From: a virus
Lineage: Duplodnaviria > Caudoviricetes
Virus record (IMG/VR): IMGVR_UViG_3300025608_000040
Span: 1-40,948 of that record
Length of the DNA: 40,948 nucleotides
Strand: one strand, 5' to 3'
Both the position numbers and the translations under genes were made by a program. Shown here piece by piece: positions 10,601-19,133 of this stretch. Position 1 is the stretch's first letter. Each line of letters opens with the position of its first letter. Under the pieces are notes generated by a model, which was not told the DNA's origin, did not search any database, and worked only from the letters and a program-made list of their open reading frames with translations.

Positions 10601-12424
10601 TAAAAAACTATTTTCTTCCCACCTTGCACTATTTTGTTCATTAACTTTTAGATCGTATGGTGGAAACCACATAACTCTACCACCGTTTGGACCTCTTTCA
10701 CAATACGGAAGATCACTTACCATAAAACCTGGCATGTTTGAAGTTTTCCACGCTAAATTCTCGATAGAAAACATATATTTTTTAGCGACGTAACTATCAC
10801 CAGCCTTAACTATGTTTGTTGACGACGCAAATGCCGTGTCAGGGTCGCCATTTTGTCCGTTGGACATTGGTGCAATATTTAAATTCCACGGTGTTGACAT
10901 CACACTTGAATCAAACTTTCTAATGTTTCCAGTTCTTTTCATGGTGTCTGACATATTCATATATGACCTATCTTTAGTCCATACTCTACAGTATTCAACT
11001 CCACCTTCATCACCACTAAATTTATCCACGTATTTAATCGCAGATCCTCTTGACATTAAAGTGTTACCTTCTCTAAATATTCTACTTGTTTGATCGATCG
11101 CATTTCCAACATGACCTCTTGCCGCACCACCGTCAGATGGCATTGAGTCAAGAAGTTGTTGTGTCTTATCTAATATTGAATCACTTCTAAATGAATATGA
11201 ATTTGAGAGACTCTCTTCAAATTGAGACCTTTCACTGTTAAACTCAGCATTATTAACACCAAGTTTATTTTTTGAATTTTTACTATACCAAGTTAGTTTA
11301 CCACTTATTTGACCACCTTCACTGATATTTCTCTTAAATTCAAACAATTCCGTCTGTACGGGATCAAATAAAAGACTTAGGTAGTAACTACTTCTGATGA
11401 CATTTTCATTAAAGTCATTCATTGCATAATTAACATCTTCACCTCTATCATCACCAATATATGCAACACCCGCCGGTGCTCCCGTACCTAAAACATCATT
11501 AATTGCATCCCCAATTTGATTTGGAAAATTAAATAACTTTGATGATTGTTGTGACCTTGCGGTTTTTGTATAGTTAGGTGCGTATGTTGAGAATCTTAAA
11601 TTATCAAATAATACCGCTTTTTGACCTCCACCCATATACTCAATCATCAAATCTGATGGTTTTCTACTTGGTTTTGGTCTTCTTTGTATACCTAACAACG
11701 AACCTAAAGCACCTGTAATGTCCTGTATTATTGCTCCCGCTTGTGTTTGAGCTTCGGGTCTGTTTACTATTGGGTTTCTTGGGTTTGTTAAATAGTCACC
11801 CGGTATTTCACTCCATGGAAACTCTACACCTGCAACTGTTTGTAAGAAATCAATCGCCTTCCCCGCAAGTGTTTTAGCAACTGTTATTTTATAATTTTTT
11901 TCTATTAAATCTTCTCTACCCGTAATTAAATTAACTGCGGTTGCGGTATTACCTTCTAATGCATCAATAAGTCTAACTCTACCATATGTTGCAGCAACTA
12001 AATTTTGAGTGATTCTTGCAAGAACAGGTCCTTGTTTATTAGATTTAATATTAAATGCGGCAAACTGCATCAGTTTTGACTCCGATTCATAATCATTCGT
12101 AGTCATTATACTAATTAAATTATTGTAATTACCAGCCGTATAATAAGGATATAAACCTAAATCGTCAAGACGTACTAAATTTCTTAAATCACTTACAGTT
12201 GTAAATGCGTCAGCACCAAAAGTATTTAAGTTTTCGGGAACCGCTAAATAGGTTTGTAAGTTGGTTTCAACATCACCAGGGTCCACATTCGCTTGGTCTC
12301 TTAAATTTTCAACAGAATAGGCACCACTATTGAATGTTTGTGGTCCGTTAGGTTGTTGAAGAGTCCTTGCAAGTATTGAATCTCTGAAGACCTTAGTTGA
12401 ATTAAAATCTAAGTAACTTGGCAT
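7610..12424 (-). CDS. large baseplate/tail-tube-initiator protein with internal OmpA-like domain
   Basis: Tube-initiator-like segments 'WFPPYDLKVNEQNSARWEENSFLGRPEPIYTYQNTSRSGQIQFKIVVD' and 'PPICVVRIGDFYHSKIAIRDINISYD...PMIASVTLQVNFIG' flank an OmpA-C-like 'YNVYLSMRRAHSV' motif; gene follows the tape measure. Confidence 0.6.
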   Translation of the reverse strand: MPSYLDFNSTKVFRDSILARTLQQPNGPQTFNSGAYSVENLRDQANVDPGDVETNLQTYLAVPENLNTFGADAFTTVSDLRNLVRLDDLGLYPYYTAGNYNNLISIMTTNDYESESKLMQFAAFNIKSNKQGPVLARITQNLVAATYGRVRLIDALEGNTATAVNLITGREDLIEKNYKITVAKTLAGKAIDFLQTVAGVEFPWSEIPGDYLTNPRNPIVNRPEAQTQAGAIIQDITGALGSLLGIQRRPKPSRKPSDLMIEYMGGGQKAVLFDNLRFSTYAPNYTKTARSQQSSKLFNFPNQIGDAINDVLGTGAPAGVAYIGDDRGEDVNYAMNDFNENVIRSSYYLSLLFDPVQTELFEFKRNISEGGQISGKLTWYSKNSKNKLGVNNAEFNSERSQFEESLSNSYSFRSDSILDKTQQLLDSMPSDGGAARGHVGNAIDQTSRIFREGNTLMSRGSAIKYVDKFSGDEGGVEYCRVWTKDRSYMNMSDTMKRTGNIRKFDSSVMSTPWNLNIAPMSNGQNGDPDTAFASSTNIVKAGDSYVAKKYMFSIENLAWKTSNMPGFMVSDLPYCERGPNGGRVMWFPPYDLKVNEQNSARWEENSFLGRPEPIYTYQNTSRSGQIQFKIVVDHPSILNLLVQKHFKGMSNEESDNYINAFFAGCEELDFYELIRTYTTLTKDDADNIKKYLEDGGTPEEILKYKVISEDAEIVEFDPQEVEGKKEKFEVNLYFPNDYPQKSGSKDVNTQVPYSDIKTSYSQSEYEGYLDSGLTTLFSGSNTAAKKNDKNVVFGSETVTGTPDEINHVKSKLTDAFVKLDTNFGNYTSKLTEIQKKIENKELEYVAVGLQSSTSSVADDQYNVYLSMRRAHSVVQDIIKQIEKPGNNTTVKWPTSVSSGNGSKPFGPILYKFSELGYEGLEGEFVINGESFGENVDDATLGGLNQSIMNSGGSQNIDCHNKNIMSSSALKKSAPITFYCRYTGVVIETKEKNTLTEPPNDPDQVPKFKLEPDGTVKQPAVKKPPIDMMKKIIMKTLSECYYFKVLEEDSPNTFKSLTEKLKYFHPAFHSTTPEGLNSRLNFLLQCVRPGDTIPVKGLASDLDVRARNTSFGPPPICVVRIGDFYHSKIAIRDINISYDDSPWDLNPEGIGVQPMIASVTLQVNFIGGQGLEKPVERLQNALSSNFFANTEMYDPRSVSTNSTIDGQDAKEFTKEFLNDLQRANQINDTPIGDNSDSVPEIKEGVYIGEEDKDKTTGQESEGDPTVLTVLPTGQTISYKKLITELETGYKSYFETFKTSYDDLLVEFGPQVHSLILSPTYRTVKDYEVNTSDVNTRTIEMLGEYSVTNELNNRINKLKSTMVGLIRSEDMSEMFKFDNFLSPEKIERSNTILRPKLEELVVEKLDNVITSNTLKGIVTKRNKVIEVLDKLNYLTKYVGDGQINEQTYTQATLSGFTFSSLYSEYDIFIDYFDKNSKKFTRDLDTSINFDTLNLNLTTLSEILSVLLYGKVTDIVDIYKDEILFTENIMKRIEKKVEKFVDETKPEKIRLSRFKEMKGEQELKFTVSSTDEITDSQQKESLEKVHLDQVTTLGPTLNNYKPTKVKE

Positions 12425-12466
12425 ATCTTATTTTATTAGATAAATAGATTCAAAAGTAAAATATGT

Positions 12467-14260
12467 TTAATTTGTTGGTGTGAAACTTCTTGGATCGGTA
12501 GTCATCAAGTCTTTCCAATAATTTGGGTTCTTCATCACTTCTCGTTGGTAAGCACCTAATGCACTACTTGTCTCATGTTTGTGTACTACAGTCTGAGTTT
12601 GTTGTGTTGTGGTTGACGGTTCGTTTTGTTTATTAAGTTCCTTTTGAATTTTTTGTGTATTTTCCTTGTCTTTGCTTATAACCTCAGTTATTGCACTCAT
12701 ACCCTGCTCAAGATATGTGGCAACCCAATCACTTCCTTTGTCCGATTGTTCACTAATAAAGGTACCTAAGTCTTTTGAATCCATACCAAATAATGCTTCA
12801 ACAGTTTTATCACCCGCCTTAGCACCTTGGATCCTCATAGTTGCCAAAATGAAATTAACATCCTTCATTATATTTTGAACCGCATTTGCCTGTTCTCTAA
12901 CAATATCCTCAGATGTCATTTTTTTGAACTCATCTTGATATTTCATTAATTCAGATGCTATAGTATCGTTCATATCAGAAAGTTTAATTTCTTTACCGAA
13001 CTTTTTCTGTAATTCCTTATCTTGAATTTGAAGTGTCATTTCACCATCTTTCATTTGGGATATATTAGTAATAAACCTTTTCGTTTCTTCAGGAACATCA
13101 ATACCTGACATATCATTCAGGGCCTGCATTCTTTCATTACCCGCGATTGCTCCTTTGGTTAACTCACTTAACGATATCCCCGTAGCATCCGCCATATCTT
13201 TAGCCTTCCTTAAATTAGCCCCAACTACTTCAAACCTTCCTGTTTCTGAATTAAATGTGGCGAGACTTTCTGTCGATTTAATTATTGCGTCTTGTAAACC
13301 TTCAACATTGTTGGTCGCCATATACATCATTTCGAGAGGGTTATTTAATGCACCCATAGCACCACCAACCACTTGTAGGTTAGCGGCCATTTCAAGTGCA
13401 CCCTCAGGTGAAAATACTTTATCAGCAACCTGAAATACAGAGTCAACATTCATTCTAAACTCTGTAGACTTTCTTATCATTTCTTCTAACCCCTTTACAC
13501 CTTTTTGAAAACCAAATTGATTTAATTTATCAATGTTATCCTGTAATCCTTTTATCGTGGTTTGAGATTGTAATCCAAGTTCTAATGATTCTTTACCAGC
13601 TTCACCAATTGCGTCGGCAGCTCCAACAGCACCAATACCAACATCTTCAAATGACTTATACGAACCCGCGAGTTCTCTCATTGACATTCCAAATGCAGTT
13701 GCAATTCCTGCTGCTTTTACTTGACTTTCTGAAGATATGAAAGCAAACTTACCTGAGTCATTAACCATTTGTTTGGTTGCCTCAACAACATCACTAACAC
13801 CAAGACCCAATTGTGTTAATCCCGGTATTGTGTCATTTAAATTATCTCTAAAATCCTTCGAAAATTGACCAGATAAACCCATTTCCTTGTTCATCTGTCT
13901 TAACATGTAGACTTGTTCTTCTGCGTATGTTACCGCTTGGTCTTTACCAACCTCTCGTAAACCTGAAAAGAATTGTGATACGGGATTGTCACCCTCTTTT
14001 TTTGCCTGAGTATATAATTTACTGAACTCCGAAATGTCCATATTACTACTGGCACTTGCATACTGATCGTTGCTTGCGGACGCTTTGATGATGTCCGCAA
14101 TAAAACTTGTCGATCCATTACCATCACCCGAACCACCTGTGTTTTTTTTAGATTCTTCAGCTGTAACCCTAATACTCTCCTTTTGAAGTTGATCTTGGGT
14201 GTATCCAGGATTCTTAGCCTTCCAATCGTTTAATCTTTTTTCGATTCTACTTTTGTCCAT
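12467..14260 (-). CDS. tail tape measure protein
   Basis: Ala/Gly/Met-rich helical 597-aa protein directly downstream of the tube and chaperone genes. Confidence 0.7.
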   Translation of the reverse strand: MDKSRIEKRLNDWKAKNPGYTQDQLQKESIRVTAEESKKNTGGSGDGNGSTSFIADIIKASASNDQYASASSNMDISEFSKLYTQAKKEGDNPVSQFFSGLREVGKDQAVTYAEEQVYMLRQMNKEMGLSGQFSKDFRDNLNDTIPGLTQLGLGVSDVVEATKQMVNDSGKFAFISSESQVKAAGIATAFGMSMRELAGSYKSFEDVGIGAVGAADAIGEAGKESLELGLQSQTTIKGLQDNIDKLNQFGFQKGVKGLEEMIRKSTEFRMNVDSVFQVADKVFSPEGALEMAANLQVVGGAMGALNNPLEMMYMATNNVEGLQDAIIKSTESLATFNSETGRFEVVGANLRKAKDMADATGISLSELTKGAIAGNERMQALNDMSGIDVPEETKRFITNISQMKDGEMTLQIQDKELQKKFGKEIKLSDMNDTIASELMKYQDEFKKMTSEDIVREQANAVQNIMKDVNFILATMRIQGAKAGDKTVEALFGMDSKDLGTFISEQSDKGSDWVATYLEQGMSAITEVISKDKENTQKIQKELNKQNEPSTTTQQTQTVVHKHETSSALGAYQREVMKNPNYWKDLMTTDPRSFTPTN

Positions 14261-14271
14261 AATAATAAATA

Positions 14272-14427
14272 TTAGGATTCAGGGTTTTCAAGTTCTATAA
14301 TTTTATCTATATAGTACTTGCGCTCAAAGATTGGCATGTTAAGTATATCAGAGTGTTGGAATCCTTTTTTTACTAAGAATGAAATCTCAGTAAGCCTATT
14401 ATTCCTATAATCCGTAGAAAGGACGAA
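14272..14427 (-). CDS. frameshift extension of tail assembly chaperone (gpT-like)
   Basis: 51 sense codons in the +1 frame relative to the chaperone: FVLSTDYRNNRLTEISFLVKKGFQHSDILNMPIFERKYYIDKIIELENPES*. No start codon at its 5' end; it fills the chaperone-TMP gap. Confidence 0.65.
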   Translation of the reverse strand, partial: FVLSTDYRNNRLTEISFLVKKGFQHSDILNMPIFERKYYIDKIIELENPES

Positions 14428-15163
14428 AAAACTCCACCCCGAAGTCTACGTTAAACGTAACTTCTTCTCCTGATGGGGCGTAAATTGTTCGGGATAAATC
14501 CACCCCAGGTTTATTGTCTTTCACATATTTTCTAAAATTTTGAGAATCTGATATCGGCATTGTTTCAATAAAGTTCCTAATATTCATTGGGTCTTTATTA
14601 CCTTTTACTGATTTTATTAGTTTCTCTAATCTTTTAGTTACTATCGGTGCAGTTCCAACCCCATTCCAACTTTGAGTTATCATAGCCAACTCGTTTTCAT
14701 CTTTTGGGGTTAAAAAGTTAAATGTAATATCAACTTTAGATTTTTCTAAATAATATGGGTATTCACCGTTTTCGTCTTCAATCAAATTAAATTCTTTGTA
14801 TGTTAATTCAGAAAGATCAACTTTGGTCTCGAATTCTTCATCTGTTTTCGGGTCTGTCAACCTAAGTCCAATTTCAGGACCAAATGCGGTGTTTCTTAGG
14901 AAAATAAGAATTGCTTGTCTATCCTCTTGAACCATATCCTCAACTTTAAGTTCTCGAGTAAGAACTTTTCTCTTAAGTAATTCATTAATTACTTCACCAG
15001 ATGCAATTAAATTTGGTGATGATAAAATATTTTCATCAGCGGCTGTTAAGTATGCAACCTTTACTGATTTTATCCGATTAGGGTACATAATCCCCCGGCT
15101 CGGTAGTTCAACAACATCATAACTTATGTTGGGGTCTATTACATATTCTCTATTATTTTCCAT
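14405..15163 (-). CDS. tail assembly chaperone / T4 gp26-like baseplate hub assembly protein
   Basis: 'VVELPSRGIMY...VAYLTAADENIL...DRQAILIFLRNTAFG' and the C-terminal 'FGVEFFRP' resemble this family; located between tube and TMP. Confidence 0.7.
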   Translation of the reverse strand: MENNREYVIDPNISYDVVELPSRGIMYPNRIKSVKVAYLTAADENILSSPNLIASGEVINELLKRKVLTRELKVEDMVQEDRQAILIFLRNTAFGPEIGLRLTDPKTDEEFETKVDLSELTYKEFNLIEDENGEYPYYLEKSKVDITFNFLTPKDENELAMITQSWNGVGTAPIVTKRLEKLIKSVKGNKDPMNIRNFIETMPISDSQNFRKYVKDNKPGVDLSRTIYAPSGEEVTFNVDFGVEFFRPFYGL

Positions 15164-15208
15164 ATTGTTTAATTTAACGAATAAATAGACTAAAGTAAAG
15201 TTTTAAAC

Positions 15209-15236
15209 AAAAAAAAGGGGACACGAGTCCCCCTTT
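15209..15236 (-). terminator. intrinsic terminator downstream of tail tube gene
   Basis: Minus strand GGGGAC-TCGT-GTCCCC followed by T8. Confidence 0.8.
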
Positions 15237-15260
15237 AAATATATTTGACAGATTATTCTA

Positions 15261-15749
15261 TTAGTATACTTGGATACATCTATCCATTCTCAGTGTACAA
15301 TCAATAGTCGCAAGTGCGTCATTGTTGTAATCTAACTCACCAAAGTTCAAATCTTGTAAGAATGTACCTTGTAGAATCCATTTTTCAACCACAACACCAG
15401 TTGGGTCTAACATTTCTAATTCAATATCTTTTTTATATCCAGCAGCATAACCCATTCTACCTGTAACTGATTCTGCGTGTAATCTAAACCACTCCATCAA
15501 TGCTTGTGATGCTGAGGGTCCAATTGGATCTTTAAATTTAACTCTTAGGGTGTCCCAAGTAAATCTACCAGCAACATATGTTGAGGTATTTAAAAATGGA
15601 ATCTCCACCGAGTTAATTTTAGCACTCGGTCTTGCTGCCGATGTTACATACCATTCATTGATTCCCAATGATGATGGAAATCTAACGATAAATCGGTTAA
15701 CTCTTTTCGGTTCGTAAGGAACCGGCATTTTCATTAATAAATCTGCCAT
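15261..15749 (-). CDS. tail tube protein (T4 gp19-like)
   Basis: 'EPKRVNRF...YVAGRFTWDTL...YKKDIELEMLDPTGVVVEKWILQGTF...FGELDY' is a gp19-family pattern; adjacent to the sheath gene. Confidence 0.9.
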   Translation of the reverse strand: MADLLMKMPVPYEPKRVNRFIVRFPSSLGINEWYVTSAARPSAKINSVEIPFLNTSTYVAGRFTWDTLRVKFKDPIGPSASQALMEWFRLHAESVTGRMGYAAGYKKDIELEMLDPTGVVVEKWILQGTFLQDLNFGELDYNNDALATIDCTLRMDRCIQVY

Positions 15750-15831
15750 GTCTTTATATTTGTTATCTTAGTTATTCTTTATTATAAATATATCTCTTAG
15801 TGAAATATTTTAAAATTTATTTTCAATAAGG

Positions 15832-15860
15832 TTGACATTGTCATTTTTTTTCCTTATTTT
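15832..15860 (+). promoter_or_regulatory. promoter TTGACA-N17-TATTTT, antisense to the tail operon
   Basis: Perfect TTGACA at 15832-15837, 17-nt spacer, TATTTT at 15855-15860; same architecture as the SSB, polymerase and glycosyltransferase promoters. Confidence 0.5.
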
Positions 15861-15865
15861 TTATT

Positions 15866-16037
15866 TACCCAGTAATACTGGTAGCAAACTATAAAGATTT
15901 AATAAGTTAATTATATAATATATATAATTTTTATTTAATATTCAATTATTACTTGCTTATTACTGGTATTATACTGGGTGTCATCTCAATTTTTACTTTG
16001 AGGGGGAAGTACAAATGTACCTCCCCTTCTTTTTTTT
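15866..16037 (+). ncRNA. candidate structured small RNA in the sheath-tube intergenic region
   Basis: Bounded by a + strand promoter and a + strand terminator. 5' ACCCAGTA-ATACTGGTA-GCAA can pair with TTGC...TACTGGTAT..TACTGGGT (15953-15979) using G-U pairs valid only on +. No ORF. Confidence 0.4.
16000..16037 (+). terminator. intrinsic terminator on + strand, facing the sheath 3' end
   Basis: GAGGGGGAAGTAC-AAAT-GTACCTCCCCTTC followed by T8 on +; no T-run follows on the minus strand. Confidence 0.7.
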
Positions 16038-16038
16038 A

Positions 16039-18855
16039 TTATATATTCTCGAATGATGCTCCTGTTGGAGTTATTAAGAATTCAACATCTATAAATTCAA
16101 GTGATCTTGTTGGTTTGATATAAATCTTACCTCTAAGTGTATTTGCATCAATATCTTCAGGATCATTTGATACAACCACTCGGAACTCATAAAGTCCTCT
16201 TTCTTTCTTAATTGATTCCAAAATAGGATTAACAAGTCTTAAAAATTCATTTCTAACTTGTTCATCATTTTGTTCAAATAATAGTCTAACTGCAACTGCT
16301 GAAATTAATTTTCTCGCTCTTAACAATAGTCTTCTTACATTAATTCTATCAAGTGCGGATTCTCTAACTTGTAAAGTTTTGTTACCCCAAATTATAGTAC
16401 CCGTATCTGAGAAAGTTGCAATTGGATTAATTCTTGCTTTGTATAGATCGTCTCTATTTTCCAAAGTAAGTTTCTTTTTCGCTTTAATTGCATTTACTAA
16501 ACCTCTTGAGTAACCCGCAACTGCGAACCATGGATAAGATACGTTATCAGTCAATGCAATGTTTTTAACTACTTCACCTGTTGGTGGTATGTATAGTTGT
16601 GTTGCATTGTCCGTATCACGAACTTGTATCCAAGGCCAATACGTAGCTGAATAGTTAGTATCTAACTCAACAGTATCTAATTGATCAATTATTTCATCAA
16701 CAGTATCCGTATTCGGTGGATTAATAATATATAGTGAATCCGCTCTATCACCCTCAATCATCTCTATTGTGTTGTTAACTAAAGAACTGTGATTTACAAA
16801 ATCAATACCTGGTGTTGCAAAAATGTTGATGTCAACAGATTCAGGATTAGAGAAAGTGTTAATAGCTTGTAAATATGCATAATAATCAGAGTTTCCAACT
16901 GATGTACTAAACACACCACCATTATTTGTGTTACCACTTACATACGTATTTTTACCGTAGATGTAACCATCTCCGTTAGTTCTTGTACCTCTATAAATGT
17001 CCCAACCATCAAAACCACCGGCAACTGCCATTGTGAATTTTCTATATTGTTTGGTTTCCAATAAACCTTTATTAGTACCTTCTAAATCATATGATGTTGT
17101 TTGGTAAGTTGTATCACCTGTGATTGTCTTAGCATTTTTTGACATGTGGAAACCAAAAGTCTTTGATGCTGAATCAGTTCCTTTAAACTTTAATAAGTCA
17201 CTATCAAAACCAACTTGTGAAGAAATACCAAGAGATACTTTTCTAATCTTATCACCATTGGTAATTTGTGCTTCACCATTTGAAGTATAACCCGTCACAT
17301 CACCAGCAAGGTGATATTCTGTTTTATAAAGTGAGTTACCTTGAATTGTATTCCCAAATGGTTGTGAGGTATAACCTTTAAATCCTGCAGGAATTGCATC
17401 TATAGGTGCGTTAACCGATAGGTTCAACATAACAAATTTAGATCTTAACTCATACTCACCATCGGAAGTCCCGATTTTTCTTGCCACATATCCCGGTAAA
17501 TCTGGGTTCATGTTACATCGTGTAAATTTCTCAAGAACATTTAAATTATCGTCAGTGTCATTAAAATCTCTTATAATAATATCAAAATCACCTGTTTCAA
17601 GATCAATATTTTGGAATGTAATTTTAATTTGTGTGTTTGCCGCGTTACCGTCAGAAATACTAATGAAATTAAATAAATCATTCACAATACCACCTCGTAC
17701 TTCAGAAACTACAACAGGTGATGCTGGTGTTTCCCATTGACGAACAAAGTCATCATCATTATCGTGATATACTAAAGTATCAACCTCTAAACCTCTTACT
17801 AAACCTTTTTCATGTAAGGTTTTTAATGTTTTGGAGTAAACTTCGTGTACATAAACTGGTACGTCTGTTTTGTCTTTACCAAAAACTGTAGTTCCTAAAA
17901 CCTTAGTTACGTACTTATTAGATGTTTGGTCTAAACTTAACGTGTATGTTTTAACACCACTCGTTGCACCTGTTACATTCATTACGAACTCACCTAATGG
18001 GTTTGAGACAACCTCAGTACTTGAAGTTGTAAGAGTGTTTCCTGTAACTTCTAAATTAAGTGTTTGTCCAACATACGATCCTCTTGATCTAAATGTGACT
18101 GCCACAATTCCATCATAATCGTTAGATTCTGCAGAATACTCAAATTGTGTTATTGTCCAACCTGTGTCGGCACCACTATAAACGAATAGATAAGAATAAA
18201 CTCCGTCGATTACATTTAATCCGTTTTCTTTAAAAAACGTATTATACCAATTAGTTGTTGAATTACTACCGATAGGTCCTGAAACCTCATCTGTTGATAA
18301 TAAACTTACTGTGTTTGTAGGGTCTACGTGACCTATAGTAAACCATTTACCATCACTAACGGATAAGTTCTCAATAAATTGTTGAACTGTATTCCCGTCT
18401 GTTGCAAGTTTACCGTTTAAGTCATTTAGGAATGATGTTGTTGCAATACTGTTAGTTTCACCCGAAAGTGTCTCAGTTATTGAGTTTGTTAAGGTACCTG
18501 TATCAACAGTAATACCACCCAAAGTCTTTATTGCAAAAGTTTTACCAGGTTTAAATCCTGTTAACCCTAATACTCTTGTTATGAATAATTGATTTGACTC
18601 TTGTAAATATGCTTTAGCAACATACCCTAATTCATATTTTGGGTTTCCATCTGAAAATTTAGTTGGTGATGTCGGTCCGAAATACGTTTTGAATTCGTCG
18701 AAATTTCTTATTAGTATTGGTTCGAATGCGGGACCTTGTATAGTCTCACCTGCCAATCCTAAGGTGGTTACTCCCACACTTTGAGCTACGAACGTTAAAT
18801 CCTTTTCTGATGTATATACACCCGGAGAAACGAATACTCTGTTTGAATTTGCCAT
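16039..18855 (-). CDS. contractile tail sheath protein (T4 gp18-like)
   Basis: N-terminal 'FVSPGVYTSEKD'; C-terminal 'WFAVAGYSRG...LYKARINPI...WGNKTLQ..SALDRINVRRLL...IYIKPTRSLEFI'. Confidence 0.95.
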   Translation of the reverse strand: MANSNRVFVSPGVYTSEKDLTFVAQSVGVTTLGLAGETIQGPAFEPILIRNFDEFKTYFGPTSPTKFSDGNPKYELGYVAKAYLQESNQLFITRVLGLTGFKPGKTFAIKTLGGITVDTGTLTNSITETLSGETNSIATTSFLNDLNGKLATDGNTVQQFIENLSVSDGKWFTIGHVDPTNTVSLLSTDEVSGPIGSNSTTNWYNTFFKENGLNVIDGVYSYLFVYSGADTGWTITQFEYSAESNDYDGIVAVTFRSRGSYVGQTLNLEVTGNTLTTSSTEVVSNPLGEFVMNVTGATSGVKTYTLSLDQTSNKYVTKVLGTTVFGKDKTDVPVYVHEVYSKTLKTLHEKGLVRGLEVDTLVYHDNDDDFVRQWETPASPVVVSEVRGGIVNDLFNFISISDGNAANTQIKITFQNIDLETGDFDIIIRDFNDTDDNLNVLEKFTRCNMNPDLPGYVARKIGTSDGEYELRSKFVMLNLSVNAPIDAIPAGFKGYTSQPFGNTIQGNSLYKTEYHLAGDVTGYTSNGEAQITNGDKIRKVSLGISSQVGFDSDLLKFKGTDSASKTFGFHMSKNAKTITGDTTYQTTSYDLEGTNKGLLETKQYRKFTMAVAGGFDGWDIYRGTRTNGDGYIYGKNTYVSGNTNNGGVFSTSVGNSDYYAYLQAINTFSNPESVDINIFATPGIDFVNHSSLVNNTIEMIEGDRADSLYIINPPNTDTVDEIIDQLDTVELDTNYSATYWPWIQVRDTDNATQLYIPPTGEVVKNIALTDNVSYPWFAVAGYSRGLVNAIKAKKKLTLENRDDLYKARINPIATFSDTGTIIWGNKTLQVRESALDRINVRRLLLRARKLISAVAVRLLFEQNDEQVRNEFLRLVNPILESIKKERGLYEFRVVVSNDPEDIDANTLRGKIYIKPTRSLEFIDVEFLITPTGASFENI

Positions 18856-18974
18856 TGATTACTTTAGTTAAAAATTTTATTGTCTTATTATAAATATCTT
18901 TGTTTTTAGCAAAGAGTTACTTAGTTTTTTATTTTGGTATATTTAAAGATCTTTTTTTATCTATATTTATCTTT

Positions 18975-19133
18975 ATGGGTGATAGAAACAGTAAAAACAT
19001 TAAAATAAGTCAAGAACACCACATTAAGTTGAAAAAGTACTGTGATGATAATGGTTTAAAAATGTATAGAGTTGTTGAAAAATGGATAAATCAACACTGT
19101 AATAGTAAGAAGGATAACTTATATGGGGAATAG
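18975..19133 (+). CDS. small ribbon-helix-helix-like DNA-binding protein
   Basis: Likely start is ATG 18975 (TATTTATC motif 3 nt upstream). 'KNIKISQEHHIKLKKYCDDNGLKMYRVVEKWI' fits the beta-helix-G-helix RHH pattern. Confidence 0.55.
   Translation: MGDRNSKNIKISQEHHIKLKKYCDDNGLKMYRVVEKWINQHCNSKKDNLYGE

Noticed and set aside
1688-18855. Extracellular contractile injection system or tailocin rather than phage
   Set aside because: Head-tail neck genes, DNA polymerase, SSB, helicase and dUTPase are interleaved, indicating a replicating phage.
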